A DNA stretch of 64,000 bases from Gammaproteobacteria bacterium (GTDB lineage: Bacteria > Pseudomonadota > Gammaproteobacteria > Steroidobacterales > Woeseiaceae), in the NCBI GenBank assembly GCA_030429005.1, contig JAUIDP010000005.1:9525-73524 (forward strand), written 5' to 3'. Numbering within the stretch: position 1 is the stretch's first letter; every line of letters starts with the position of its first letter. Shown here one piece after another: positions 1 to 8,883 of the stretch. Below the pieces are notes generated by a model. It was given only the letters and a program-made list of their open reading frames with translations. It had not been told where the DNA came from and did not search any database. Made by a program: the position numbers and the translations under genes.

Positions 1-339
1 CGACAGCCGGAACACGCAAAACGCCAGCAAGATTGCGTTAAACAGGTGGATGACGATATTGACGCGTATGAAATCGCCGGCGCCCTGCGACCAGCTATCG
101 GCCTGCGCGGCGAAGGTCAGCAATGCGATTGGCCTGCCCAGCGGACCCGCATCGCCGGCCAGGACGAAACTCAACCCGCTGTCCAGGTCGCTGACCTGTT
201 GCAGGTCTTCGAGATTGGAGCGGTCATCCAGTTGAAAATTGCCCGTCAGTGCCGGCTGGTAGCAAACCCAGGCCAGCAGCAGCGCGAGCACGAATACGGC
301 CAGCGGAACCTTCGGGTTGTCGAGCAATCCGTCGCTCAC
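1..339 (-). CDS. N-terminal part of a TMTC-like/GT-C membrane glycosyltransferase-type protein (runs off the window edge)
   Basis: Not in the ORF track. Manual translation from GTG at 339, which overlaps the oadB stop (GTGA): [39 protein letters not shown]...GRPIALLTF...[13 protein letters not shown]. The TM helix, FxxDD, RP and NxxxHxxN motifs are typical of this family. Confidence 0.6.
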   Translation of the reverse strand, partial: MSDGLLDNPKVPLAVFVLALLLAWVCYQPALTGNFQLDDRSNLEDLQQVSDLDSGLSFVLAGDAGPLGRPIALLTFAAQADSWSQGAGDFIRVNIVIHLFNAILLAFCVFRLS

Positions 340-1466
340 GATGTCAGCATGATCATGATGCCGGCGGCAATCGCCGAGCCAATCACGCCCGCCACGTTCG
401 GGCCCATCGCGTGCATCAGCAGGATGTTTTGCGGATTCGCTTCCAGGCCGACCTTGTTGGCCACGCGCGCAGCCATCGGCACCGCAGACACTCCGGCCGC
501 GCCGATCAGCGGGTTGATCGGCTGCCGCGAAACCCGGTTCAGCAGCTTGCCCATCAGCAGGCCGCTGGCCGTGCCGATAGCGAACGCCACCATGCCGAGC
601 AGCAGGATGCCCAGTGTGCTCATTGCCAGGAACTGCTCGGCACTCAGTTTGGAGCCGACAGCCAGCCCCAGGAAAATTGTCACGATATTGATCAGCGCGT
701 TCTGTGTCGTGTCCGACAGCCGATCGACTACACCGCATTCGCGCATCAGGTTTCCGAAGCACAGCATGCCCAGAAGCGGTGCGGCCGACGGCAGCAACAG
801 GGCAACCAGCAGCAACAGCAACAGCGGAAAGATTATACGTTCTGTTTTCGACACCTCGCGCAACTGCACCATCTCGATCTTGCGTTCCGCCTCGGTCGTC
901 AGCGCTTTCATGATGGGCGGCTGGATCAACGGCACCAGCGCCATGTACGAATACGCCGCCACCGCGATGGCGCCCAGCAGGTGCGGTGCCAGCGTGCCCG
1001 CGACGTATATCGCGGTCGGACCGTCTGCACCGCCGATGATGCCGATTGCCGCTGCTTCGCGTACCGAGAAGTCCATGATGCCGAGCGACGACAGTCCGAG
1101 CGCGCCGAGCAGCGTTGCAAAGATGCCGAACTGCGCGGCCGCGCCGAGAAACAGCGTGCGCGGATTCGCCAGCAGCGGCCCGAAGTCGGTCAGGGCACCA
1201 ACGCCCATGAAGATGATCAGCGGGAAAGCGCCGGTTTCGATGCCGACGAGATAGGTCAGGTGCAGCAGTCCGTCGCCGGTCGCGATGCCGGCACCGGGAA
1301 TGTTGGACAACAAGCCGCCGAAGCCTATGGTGACCAGCAGCAAGGGCTCGAACTTCTTCGCGATGCCGAGATACAGCAACAACAGGCAGACGCAGATCAT
1401 GACCGCCTGCCCGCCCGTCATTTGGTAGAGCCCCGAGCCGTGCCAGATTTCGTTGACGAGTTCCAC
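336..1466 (-). CDS. oadB: Na+-translocating oxaloacetate decarboxylase beta subunit
   Basis: [30 protein letters not shown] and [15 protein letters not shown] motifs; downstream of oadA. Confidence 0.95.
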   Translation of the reverse strand: MELVNEIWHGSGLYQMTGGQAVMICVCLLLLYLGIAKKFEPLLLVTIGFGGLLSNIPGAGIATGDGLLHLTYLVGIETGAFPLIIFMGVGALTDFGPLLANPRTLFLGAAAQFGIFATLLGALGLSSLGIMDFSVREAAAIGIIGGADGPTAIYVAGTLAPHLLGAIAVAAYSYMALVPLIQPPIMKALTTEAERKIEMVQLREVSKTERIIFPLLLLLLVALLLPSAAPLLGMLCFGNLMRECGVVDRLSDTTQNALINIVTIFLGLAVGSKLSAEQFLAMSTLGILLLGMVAFAIGTASGLLMGKLLNRVSRQPINPLIGAAGVSAVPMAARVANKVGLEANPQNILLMHAMGPNVAGVIGSAIAAGIMIMLTS

Positions 1467-1469
1467 GTG

Positions 1470-3254
1470 CTAGCTGATGGCCACCAGCGGGTCGCCAACC
1501 GCCACGACATCGCCTTCGCTGACATACACATCGGTGACGATGCCCGATCGCGGTGCACTCACGGCTGTTTCCATTTTCATCGCTTCGACCACCAACAACG
1601 GCTGGCCTTCGGCGACCTCCTCACCCGGCGTCACGTTGACCTTGAATATGTTGCCGGCCAGTACCGCTTTCAGCGCCTGCCCGGACGCTGCACGTGCCGC
1701 CGGTGCCGCAGCCTTTGGCGCGGCGGCCGGCTGTACATTCGCAAGTTGCCCGCTAGCGGCGACTTCGACCGAGAAACTTTTGCCGTTGACACGGACATCG
1801 TAGACCGCAGGACCCGGCGGCTCTGTCGCTGGCGCCGGGGCAGCAGATTTCCCGCCATCGGGATCCGGCACGGGCTCGAACGCACCCGGGTTGTCACGAT
1901 TTTCCAGGAACCGGGTGCCGATCTGCGGAAACAGCGCAAAGGTCAGCACGTCATCAATCTCATCTTCGGCAACGCGCAGGTGCTTCGCGCTGGCCAGTTC
2001 CCTGAACTCCGCGAGCTGCCGGTCGACTTCCGGCTCCAGCAGGTCCGCAGGCCGACAGGTCACCGGGTCCGCTCCGTCCAGCACCTGCGCCTGTAATTCT
2101 GCATTAACCGGTGCCGGCGTCGCGCCGTACTCGCCTTTCAATATGCCGGCGGTCTCTTTCGAAATGGTGCCGTAGCGTTTGCCCGAGAGCACGTTGATGA
2201 CGGCCTGCGTGCCAACGATCTGCGACGTGGGCGTGACCAGCGGCAACATGCCGAGATCCTCGCGCACGCGTGGAATTTCCTCCAGTACAGCGTCGAGCTT
2301 GTCACCGGCATTCTGCTCCTTGAGCTGGCCTTCCAGGTTGGTCAGCATGCCGCCTGGTACCTGCGCAACGAGAATACGGGAATCGATGCCACGCAGACCG
2401 CCCTCGAACTGCGCGTATTTCTTGCGCACTTCGCGAAAGTACGCGGCGATTTCCTCGAGCTTGACGAGGTCCAGCCCGGTATCGCGGCCGGTGTTCTGCA
2501 GGATAGCAACCAGCGACTCGGTCGGCGAGTGTCCATAGGTCATGCTCATCGACGAAATGGACGTGTCGATGTTGTCGATGCCCGCCTCGGCCGCCTTGAC
2601 GCAGGTCGCGGTGGACAGGCCGGTCGTGGCGTGGCATTGCATATGCACCGGTATGTCGAGCGCCGCCTTGAGCTTGCTGACCAGCTCGAATGCGACGTAC
2701 GGACGCAACAGGCCGGCCATATCCTTGATGCAAATCGAGTGCGCGCCCATGTCTTCGACCTGCCGGCCGAGGTCAACCCACAGGTCCACCGTGTGCACCG
2801 GGCTGACGGTATAGGAGATCGTTCCCTGCGCATGCTTGCCGACGGCCAGCGTCGCCTTGACGGCTGTCTCCAGGTTGCGCGTGTCATTGAGCGCGTCGAA
2901 AATCCGGAAGACATCCACCCCGTTGACAGCAGCGCGTTCGACAAACTTTTCGACAAGATCGTCGGCGTAGTGCCGGTAGCCGAGAATATTCTGGCCGCGG
3001 AACAGCATCTGCTGCGGCGTGTTCGGCATGGCCTGCTTGAACAGCCGAATGCGTTCCCACGGGTCTTCGCCGAGATAGCGGATGCACGCATCGAATGTTG
3101 CGCCGCCCCAGGTTTCAAGTGACCAGTAACCGACCTGGTCGAGTTTCTCGGCGATCGGCAGCATGTCGTCGATACGCATGCGGGTCGCCAGCAGACTCTG
3201 GTGACCGTCGCGCAGAACGACGTCGGTGATTCCCAGCGGTTTGGCTTCGCTCAT
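1470..3254 (-). CDS. oadA: Oxaloacetate decarboxylase alpha subunit
   Basis: [28 protein letters not shown] and [10 protein letters not shown] motifs; C-terminal biotinyl domain with EAMKM. Confidence 0.95.
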   Translation of the reverse strand: MSEAKPLGITDVVLRDGHQSLLATRMRIDDMLPIAEKLDQVGYWSLETWGGATFDACIRYLGEDPWERIRLFKQAMPNTPQQMLFRGQNILGYRHYADDLVEKFVERAAVNGVDVFRIFDALNDTRNLETAVKATLAVGKHAQGTISYTVSPVHTVDLWVDLGRQVEDMGAHSICIKDMAGLLRPYVAFELVSKLKAALDIPVHMQCHATTGLSTATCVKAAEAGIDNIDTSISSMSMTYGHSPTESLVAILQNTGRDTGLDLVKLEEIAAYFREVRKKYAQFEGGLRGIDSRILVAQVPGGMLTNLEGQLKEQNAGDKLDAVLEEIPRVREDLGMLPLVTPTSQIVGTQAVINVLSGKRYGTISKETAGILKGEYGATPAPVNAELQAQVLDGADPVTCRPADLLEPEVDRQLAEFRELASAKHLRVAEDEIDDVLTFALFPQIGTRFLENRDNPGAFEPVPDPDGGKSAAPAPATEPPGPAVYDVRVNGKSFSVEVAASGQLANVQPAAAPKAAAPAARAASGQALKAVLAGNIFKVNVTPGEEVAEGQPLLVVEAMKMETAVSAPRSGIVTDVYVSEGDVVAVGDPLVAIS

Positions 3255-3317
3255 TGATTGCTTCTGTATGACTGAATGTATTGGATTGGCGCTTGCGACG
3301 CGGTTGTTATGTGTCGG

Positions 3318-3527
3318 CTATTTCTTGCCGCGATGCCTGGCAATCGCCGCGCTGATTGCCGCGACCTCTTCGGCAGTGACCTCGGGCTCCGCATCGCCAC
3401 GCTGCATCCGGGTAATCGTGGCGGACATCAGCGTCATTACGATGACAAGGGCTGTCAGAAACGCAAATACCGTTCCCATGCCGGCCAGCATCAGTGTTAC
3501 GCCCTGACTGAACAAGTCCGCTTCCAT
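3318..3527 (-). CDS. oadG: Oxaloacetate decarboxylase gamma subunit
   Basis: 69 aa; LMLAGMGTVFAFL TM helix and C-terminal AAISAAIARHR; first gene of oadGAB. Confidence 0.9.
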   Translation of the reverse strand: MEADLFSQGVTLMLAGMGTVFAFLTALVIVMTLMSATITRMQRGDAEPEVTAEEVAAISAAIARHRGKK

Positions 3528-3603
3528 TCGCCGGGATTATACGCGAATGCGCGTCGGCTGGGCTATCCGGTACACTGTCTGCATCGCCGTGCCGGGGGGA
3601 ACC

Positions 3604-5268
3604 ATGCGAGCCAACAAACGACCGCGCCATCTCTATCTGACCTTGACCGTCGCTGTGCTGGCCGCCTGCAGCCAGCAGCCCGATGACCGGGACGCCAGTA
3701 CCGGCGCAATTCCTGTCATTAGCGGCGACGCAATATTTGCGCATGTCTCGTTGCTCGCCGACGACCTCTACGAAGGTCGCGAAGCGGGCACTCGCGGCTA
3801 CCAGCTCGCAGCACGCTACGTGGCGGCGCAATTCGAGGGCATGGGGCTGCAACCCGGAAACGGTGACAGCTTTCTGCAAACTGTGTCGTTTGCTACCGCG
3901 CAGATCGAAAAGGGTTCCCGGGAACTGACTATCGACAGCGACGAAGGCAGCCGCAAATACGCAACCTTCGAAGAGTACACGTCGTCACCGACTCTGGCCG
4001 GGGCCGACATATCCGTCACGGCCCCGCTGGTGTTTGTCGGCTATGGCGTGAATGCGCCGTCTATCGAGCGCAACGACTACGAAAACGTCGACCTTGACGG
4101 CAAAATTGCCGTTGTTGTTTCCGGTGCGCCGGCCGCACTCGGCAGCGAGGTCCGTGCTTTCTATCGCAGTACCCGCTACCACAAGTATCCTGAGCTGGAA
4201 AAACGCGGCGCCATCGGCGTCATTTCGCTGCAGCAACGCAAAATCTGGTCCGAAGGCGCGGCCGTGCGCGGCTCGAAAGACGAAAAGTACTGGTCGCTGG
4301 ACGCCCACGACCAGCCGCACTTCGCGTTCGACGGCTTGCAGGTCACCGTGACGATGCTGGAGAAAGGCGGACGTGAACTGTTTGCCGCCAGCCCGCTGTC
4401 ATTCGACCAGATGGCGGCCTCGATCGAAGCAGAAAACTACACGCCAATGGACCTCGGCATTTCCGCCACGATCACGCAGCGTGTACACGGCGGTCGGGTC
4501 ACCGGCGACAACGTGGTTGCAATTCTCGAGGGCAGCGACCCGGTGCTGAAAGACGAGTACGTCGTCCTGACGGCGCATCTCGATGGCAAAGGCCTCGGCG
4601 ACGAGGATGGCGACAATATTTATAACGGCTTTTACGACAACGCGTCCGGCGTCGGCACGATGCTCGAGGTAGCACGCGCGTTTGCCACGGCCGAAACGCG
4701 GCCGAAACGTTCGATTGTCTTTGTCGCAACGGTCGGCGAGGAGAAGGGCCTGCTGGGCGCACATCACTATGCCAACAACCCGACGGTACCGGTCGAAGCT
4801 ATAGTCGCCAACGTCAACATGGACATGGTGATGTTGCTGTGGGAAGCCCAGGATGTCGTTGCTTTCGGCGCAACGCATTCCAGCTTACAAGGCATTGTCG
4901 AGCGTGCGACAGCAAGGGTCGGCATCGAGTTAAGCCCAGATCCGTTCCCCGAACGCGGATATTTCACAAGAAGTGACCAATTTCCTTTTGTGCAGCAGGG
5001 AATTCCGGCAGTCTTTTTCGCAACCGGCTTTAAGACTACTGAGGACGGCGTGGACCCTGAGGCTCTATACAATCATTTCATGCAAACGCATTACCACGGC
5101 GCGACGGACGATGAGAACCTGCGTTTTCACCGGCCCTCCGCAGCCAGGGTTGCTGCCGCCAACTACATGATTACGGCGGAGATCGCTAACAACAACCAGC
5201 GGCCTGTCTGGGTAAAGGATGACTTTTTTGGCGACCTCTACGGCACGGAACTGACACGGACGGAATAA
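3604..5268 (+). CDS. M28 family metallopeptidase with PA domain, lipoprotein
   Basis: Lipobox VLAAC; EGREAG, VFVGYGV, TAHLD, GFYDNASG, GEEKGLLG, NMDM, RSDQFPF and YH motifs. Start set at ATG 3604. Confidence 0.9.
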   Translation: MRANKRPRHLYLTLTVAVLAACSQQPDDRDASTGAIPVISGDAIFAHVSLLADDLYEGREAGTRGYQLAARYVAAQFEGMGLQPGNGDSFLQTVSFATAQIEKGSRELTIDSDEGSRKYATFEEYTSSPTLAGADISVTAPLVFVGYGVNAPSIERNDYENVDLDGKIAVVVSGAPAALGSEVRAFYRSTRYHKYPELEKRGAIGVISLQQRKIWSEGAAVRGSKDEKYWSLDAHDQPHFAFDGLQVTVTMLEKGGRELFAASPLSFDQMAASIEAENYTPMDLGISATITQRVHGGRVTGDNVVAILEGSDPVLKDEYVVLTAHLDGKGLGDEDGDNIYNGFYDNASGVGTMLEVARAFATAETRPKRSIVFVATVGEEKGLLGAHHYANNPTVPVEAIVANVNMDMVMLLWEAQDVVAFGATHSSLQGIVERATARVGIELSPDPFPERGYFTRSDQFPFVQQGIPAVFFATGFKTTEDGVDPEALYNHFMQTHYHGATDDENLRFHRPSAARVAAANYMITAEIANNNQRPVWVKDDFFGDLYGTELTRTE

Positions 5269-6875
5269 GGCAATTTCGCATAACGCTGTTCGGCAGCGCT
5301 TTGCTGTTGGCATCCATTGCCGCGGCAGAGGACGATGCGCCCGACAAAATACCGGACGGTGCCACCGTCAGGAACATCATCCTCGTCAAGCAGGATGTCT
5401 TCGATACCAGCGATGAACGCGAAGACAACGCGCTGTACCGGCTCGTCAACAAGCTGCATATCATCACCAAGGACCACACGATCGAGAAGCAGCTGCTGCT
5501 CGAACCGGGCGACGTCTACTCTGCCCGCCTGGCCGAAGAGTCTGCCCGCATCCTGCGCGACCGGAGCTATCTGTTTGATGCGCAGGTGGAAGCAGTCGAC
5601 AACAAGGACGGCACGGTCGACCTGAAGGTCAGCACACGTGACTTCTGGACACTGAAACCGGGCTTTACCGTGAGTCGCGCAGGCGGCGAGAACAAGATCG
5701 GCGTTGATCTCGAAGAGCTGAACCTTCTCGGCTATGGCACGTCGGTCCGCTTCGGCCGCGACGAAGACGTCGACAGAACCTCCGAGGCCTTCGAGATCAA
5801 TGATCCGCACATTGGCAACACCCGGGTGCGCGGCGGATTCGAGATTTCGGACAACTCGGACGGCGACCTGACCGAAGGCTCGCTGATCCGGCCGTTCTAC
5901 GCCCTGGATTCGCGCTGGTCGCTCGGCGCAACAGGCCATGACAGCGACAGCCGTACGGCGTTCTATGCCAGCGGCGAGGAACAGGCGGAGTACCGCCAGC
6001 AGCAGCAACTGTTCACGGCGTTCGGCGGCTGGTCGAAAGGACTGAAGAACGGCTGGGTACGCCGCTACCGTGCCGGCATGGTCTACGACGACAACATTTT
6101 CTCCGCCGTCGAAAATGGCGAGTATCCGCCGTTGATCCCGGAAGACCGACGCCTCGTTTACCCGTTTGTCAGCGTCGAGATTCTTGAAGACAAGTACGAA
6201 ACGACGACCAACAAGGAGCAGATCGGGCGGACCGAAGATTTTTTCATGGGGCAACGCTTCACGGCATCACTGGGTTATTCGTCGGAAGCCCTCGACGCTG
6301 ATCGCAACGCATGGCTGTACAACGGCAACTACAGCCGCGGTTTCGGCGAACTGTCGAAAAAGTCCTTTTTGATGTCTGCCTGGGTAGCCGGGCGTGTGGA
6401 GGACGGTGAGTCGAAGAACACGCTGCTGGGCCTGAACGGCCGCTATTACAACAAGCAGACTGAGAAACACACGCTCGTTGCAACGATCGAGGCAGTTCGT
6501 GGCCACTCGCTGGACCTCGATACCGTCGTCGACCTCGGCGGGGACACCGGCTTGCGCGGCTATCCGCTGCGCTACCAGACCGGCGACTCCAAGCTCCTGT
6601 TAACGATTGAACAGCGCTACTTTACGGACTGGTATCCATTTCGCCTGTTCCGGATAGGCGGTGCGATATTTGCGGACGTGGGCAGGGTCTGGGGTGACAA
6701 TGCCGTCGGCGAGTACCGTGAGGGCTGGTTGCGCGATATCGGCTTCGGCCTGCGGTTTGCCTCCACCCGGACCGGCTTTCGCAAGATGGTGCACCTCGAC
6801 ATCGCGTTTCCGCTCGACGGCGACAGCAGCATTGACGACGTGCAGATTATCCTGGAATCGAAGCGCAGCTTTTGA
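5265..6875 (+). CDS. Omp85/BamA-TamA-like outer membrane beta-barrel with POTRA-like N-terminus
   Basis: LGGDTGLRGY, EQRYF, FADVG, GFGLR motifs and terminal Phe. Start uncertain: TTG 5301 in the track, or ATA 5265 (see findings). Confidence 0.8.
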   Translation: MRQFRITLFGSALLLASIAAAEDDAPDKIPDGATVRNIILVKQDVFDTSDEREDNALYRLVNKLHIITKDHTIEKQLLLEPGDVYSARLAEESARILRDRSYLFDAQVEAVDNKDGTVDLKVSTRDFWTLKPGFTVSRAGGENKIGVDLEELNLLGYGTSVRFGRDEDVDRTSEAFEINDPHIGNTRVRGGFEISDNSDGDLTEGSLIRPFYALDSRWSLGATGHDSDSRTAFYASGEEQAEYRQQQQLFTAFGGWSKGLKNGWVRRYRAGMVYDDNIFSAVENGEYPPLIPEDRRLVYPFVSVEILEDKYETTTNKEQIGRTEDFFMGQRFTASLGYSSEALDADRNAWLYNGNYSRGFGELSKKSFLMSAWVAGRVEDGESKNTLLGLNGRYYNKQTEKHTLVATIEAVRGHSLDLDTVVDLGGDTGLRGYPLRYQTGDSKLLLTIEQRYFTDWYPFRLFRIGGAIFADVGRVWGDNAVGEYREGWLRDIGFGLRFASTRTGFRKMVHLDIAFPLDGDSSIDDVQIILESKRSF

Positions 6876-6896
6876 CCGGCGACAACGCCAGCCAGT

Positions 6897-7391
6897 CTAC
6901 TTTTTGCAGAACTCGTCTTTCTTTTTTTTCGTGTCGGCGATTGTTTGCGCCATTTCCGCTTCACTCAATATCCTGCGCTCGCCATTTGCATCCGTCCGGT
7001 AGAGCTGCGGCGCATTCAGGTAGGACTCGTATACCTCGGTAGCCCGCTTGCAGTAGTAATCTTCCGCTCTCTCTCTCTCGGCCCGCTGCTCGGCCGTTTC
7101 ACCCGGATAGGCGTAGCCGCTGCCATTCCCTGACTGCTCGGTATCAGCGCCAGCCGCAACGTCATCCAGCGAGCCGGACGAGATCCACACAAGTTGGACC
7201 GACACCGCATCTTCATGTCCGGGTTGGTCCGCATAGAATCGTTTGCCGGTGTCGTCGACCCAGGTGTATATCGGTCGTGCAGAATCGACAAAATGCGTTT
7301 TGCCATTGGCATCGACCCATTTCCAGATGTCCGCGTCAGCCGTTGAAACCAGGCCGATTGCGAGGACACAAATTGTCAGCAGTTTGTTCAT
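6897..7391 (-). CDS. DUF4124-domain secreted protein
   Basis: Signal peptide then two IWKWVDANGKTHF / IYTWVDDTGKRFYADQP repeats; RBS GGAGAA before ATG 7391. Confidence 0.75.
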   Translation of the reverse strand: MNKLLTICVLAIGLVSTADADIWKWVDANGKTHFVDSARPIYTWVDDTGKRFYADQPGHEDAVSVQLVWISSGSLDDVAAGADTEQSGNGSGYAYPGETAEQRAERERAEDYYCKRATEVYESYLNAPQLYRTDANGERRILSEAEMAQTIADTKKKKDEFCKK

Positions 7392-7464
7392 GAGTTCTCC
7401 AGCAGCTGCCAATTATGGGTTCTCCTGCCCACAAGCCCGTTGAATGGCGTCACAAATTTGGCAA

Positions 7465-8700
7465 TTACTCGGCTGCGTCGAGGCGCGTCTCGAGCGCCTC
7501 GATTTGCTGCTGCTGCGCCTGGATGACGCGCGTCAGGACGGCAACAATATCCATTGTACTCAGACCCTTGCGATCACCTGTTGCGACGATTTCTGGGACA
7601 TCTTCGGCGATGAAACCGACGTACTGCTCGGCAGAGTCGGCCTTGTAGTTGAACTGCACGGGCTCAAGCGCGCGCAGCGTCGCCATCGCCTCTTCGGCCG
7701 ACAGCAAATGAATATTTTCCTTCTTTTCACGCGACGAACTGTTCGTCCAGACACCGCCGGCAGTGACGTGCGCCCCGCTCGCCATCTGTATCGGGTGCTC
7801 CGGACGTTCGACGCCGATGCCGACATTACCGTCGCGGTCGATCGTGATGCGATCGACCGAGCCCGCGCCGATCGTTAGCGTGCTCGCCCGGTTGTGCATG
7901 ATGTAGCCGGTCTCGCCGTCCGCCTGTGTGATCATCAGCCCGGCGAGGTTGCTGTTGCGGTCGTGAATCTGCACGCTGCCGTTGACGTCGAGTCGCTGCG
8001 CCGGTTCGTCAGTGCCAATACCCACCTGGTTGCCGTTGTCGAAAATCTGCGATGCATTCCCAGTGGTCTCGCTCTTGAACTTGACGAGGTAGTCCGGCTT
8101 GCCTTTCATTGCGCCGTCGCCGTCAACGCCCGGCGGCCCCATCGGCCCTGGTGGACCCGGCGGCCCGGCCGGTCCTGTCGGCCCGGTCACAGCGTCCGCA
8201 ATGGCCGCACCCTCCGGCTCGGATTCGGGCTCCTTTGCGACCAGCGGCTCGGGTTCGGCTGCCGGCTCAGACTCGGGCTCCGTTGCCGGTTCTTCCAGCA
8301 ACTCGTCACTGTCCGCCAGCAATGCTTCGGGTTCGGCTGCCGTTTCAATCGCTGCCTCGGCCCCGGTTGCAGTTTCATCTCCGACCGACGTCTCAGGCTC
8401 GGCTTCGGTATCGGCAGCAGCCTCGGCAACCGGCGCCGGGCTTTCTTCTGCGATCACTGTTGACCAGTCCGCGCTGATAAAGCCGGATTCACCCGAGTCC
8501 AGGCGCACCTCGTTCCAGCCTTCAGCCGAGGCGACAAAGGGCAAGGAGCTTCCCTGCTGCAGCCGACCGACAACGTCGGCGTCGCTTTGCGGCGCTTGTC
8601 GAATGTTTACGTGCGATTCCACAGAATCCACCGGCACAACCGTGTCAGCAATCGTTACAAGCGGAATCAGCAGGCCTGCCCAGGCGATCAGAATTCTCAT
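7465..8700 (-). CDS. Secreted SH3b + acidic linker + short collagen + tail-fibre-like repeats + peptidase S74 (intramolecular chaperone) domain protein
   Basis: Signal peptide; VNIRQAP...GWNEVRL...GFIS (SH3b); about 8 Gly-X-Y triplets; GNQVGIGT and GNVGIG repeats; SSREKKENI...GFIAEDVP followed by a coiled coil. Confidence 0.8.
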   Translation of the reverse strand: MRILIAWAGLLIPLVTIADTVVPVDSVESHVNIRQAPQSDADVVGRLQQGSSLPFVASAEGWNEVRLDSGESGFISADWSTVIAEESPAPVAEAAADTEAEPETSVGDETATGAEAAIETAAEPEALLADSDELLEEPATEPESEPAAEPEPLVAKEPESEPEGAAIADAVTGPTGPAGPPGPPGPMGPPGVDGDGAMKGKPDYLVKFKSETTGNASQIFDNGNQVGIGTDEPAQRLDVNGSVQIHDRNSNLAGLMITQADGETGYIMHNRASTLTIGAGSVDRITIDRDGNVGIGVERPEHPIQMASGAHVTAGGVWTNSSSREKKENIHLLSAEEAMATLRALEPVQFNYKADSAEQYVGFIAEDVPEIVATGDRKGLSTMDIVAVLTRVIQAQQQQIEALETRLDAAE

Positions 8701-8790
8701 GACGTACTCCGGAATGGGGTTCCGAAGACCTTTGTGCCACATCGGCAGGGGCAAAAAGGTGACGCAGTTCCGCTCTTGCGGCAACCGGGA

Positions 8791-8802
8791 TGTCATATGA
8801 CA
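8791..8802. promoter_or_regulatory. Perfect 12-bp palindrome TGTCATATGACA, candidate operator
   Basis: Lies in the divergent intergenic region 8700-8884. Confidence 0.35.
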
Positions 8803-8883
8803 AATGCGCTGCTTCACCGCAATGCGATGGAGAAAATTTTGCCGACGTAATACCCTTTCGGTTCCGCCCGCAAGAAGAACAAT

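Noticed and set aside
46..2096. Long plus-strand ORFs (402 and 615 aa) and similar antisense ORFs throughout
   Set aside because: Shadow frames of well-supported genes in GC-rich DNA.
7465..8100. Tail-fibre domain as evidence of a prophage
   Set aside because: The protein has a Sec signal and SH3b domain, and its neighbours are not phage-like.
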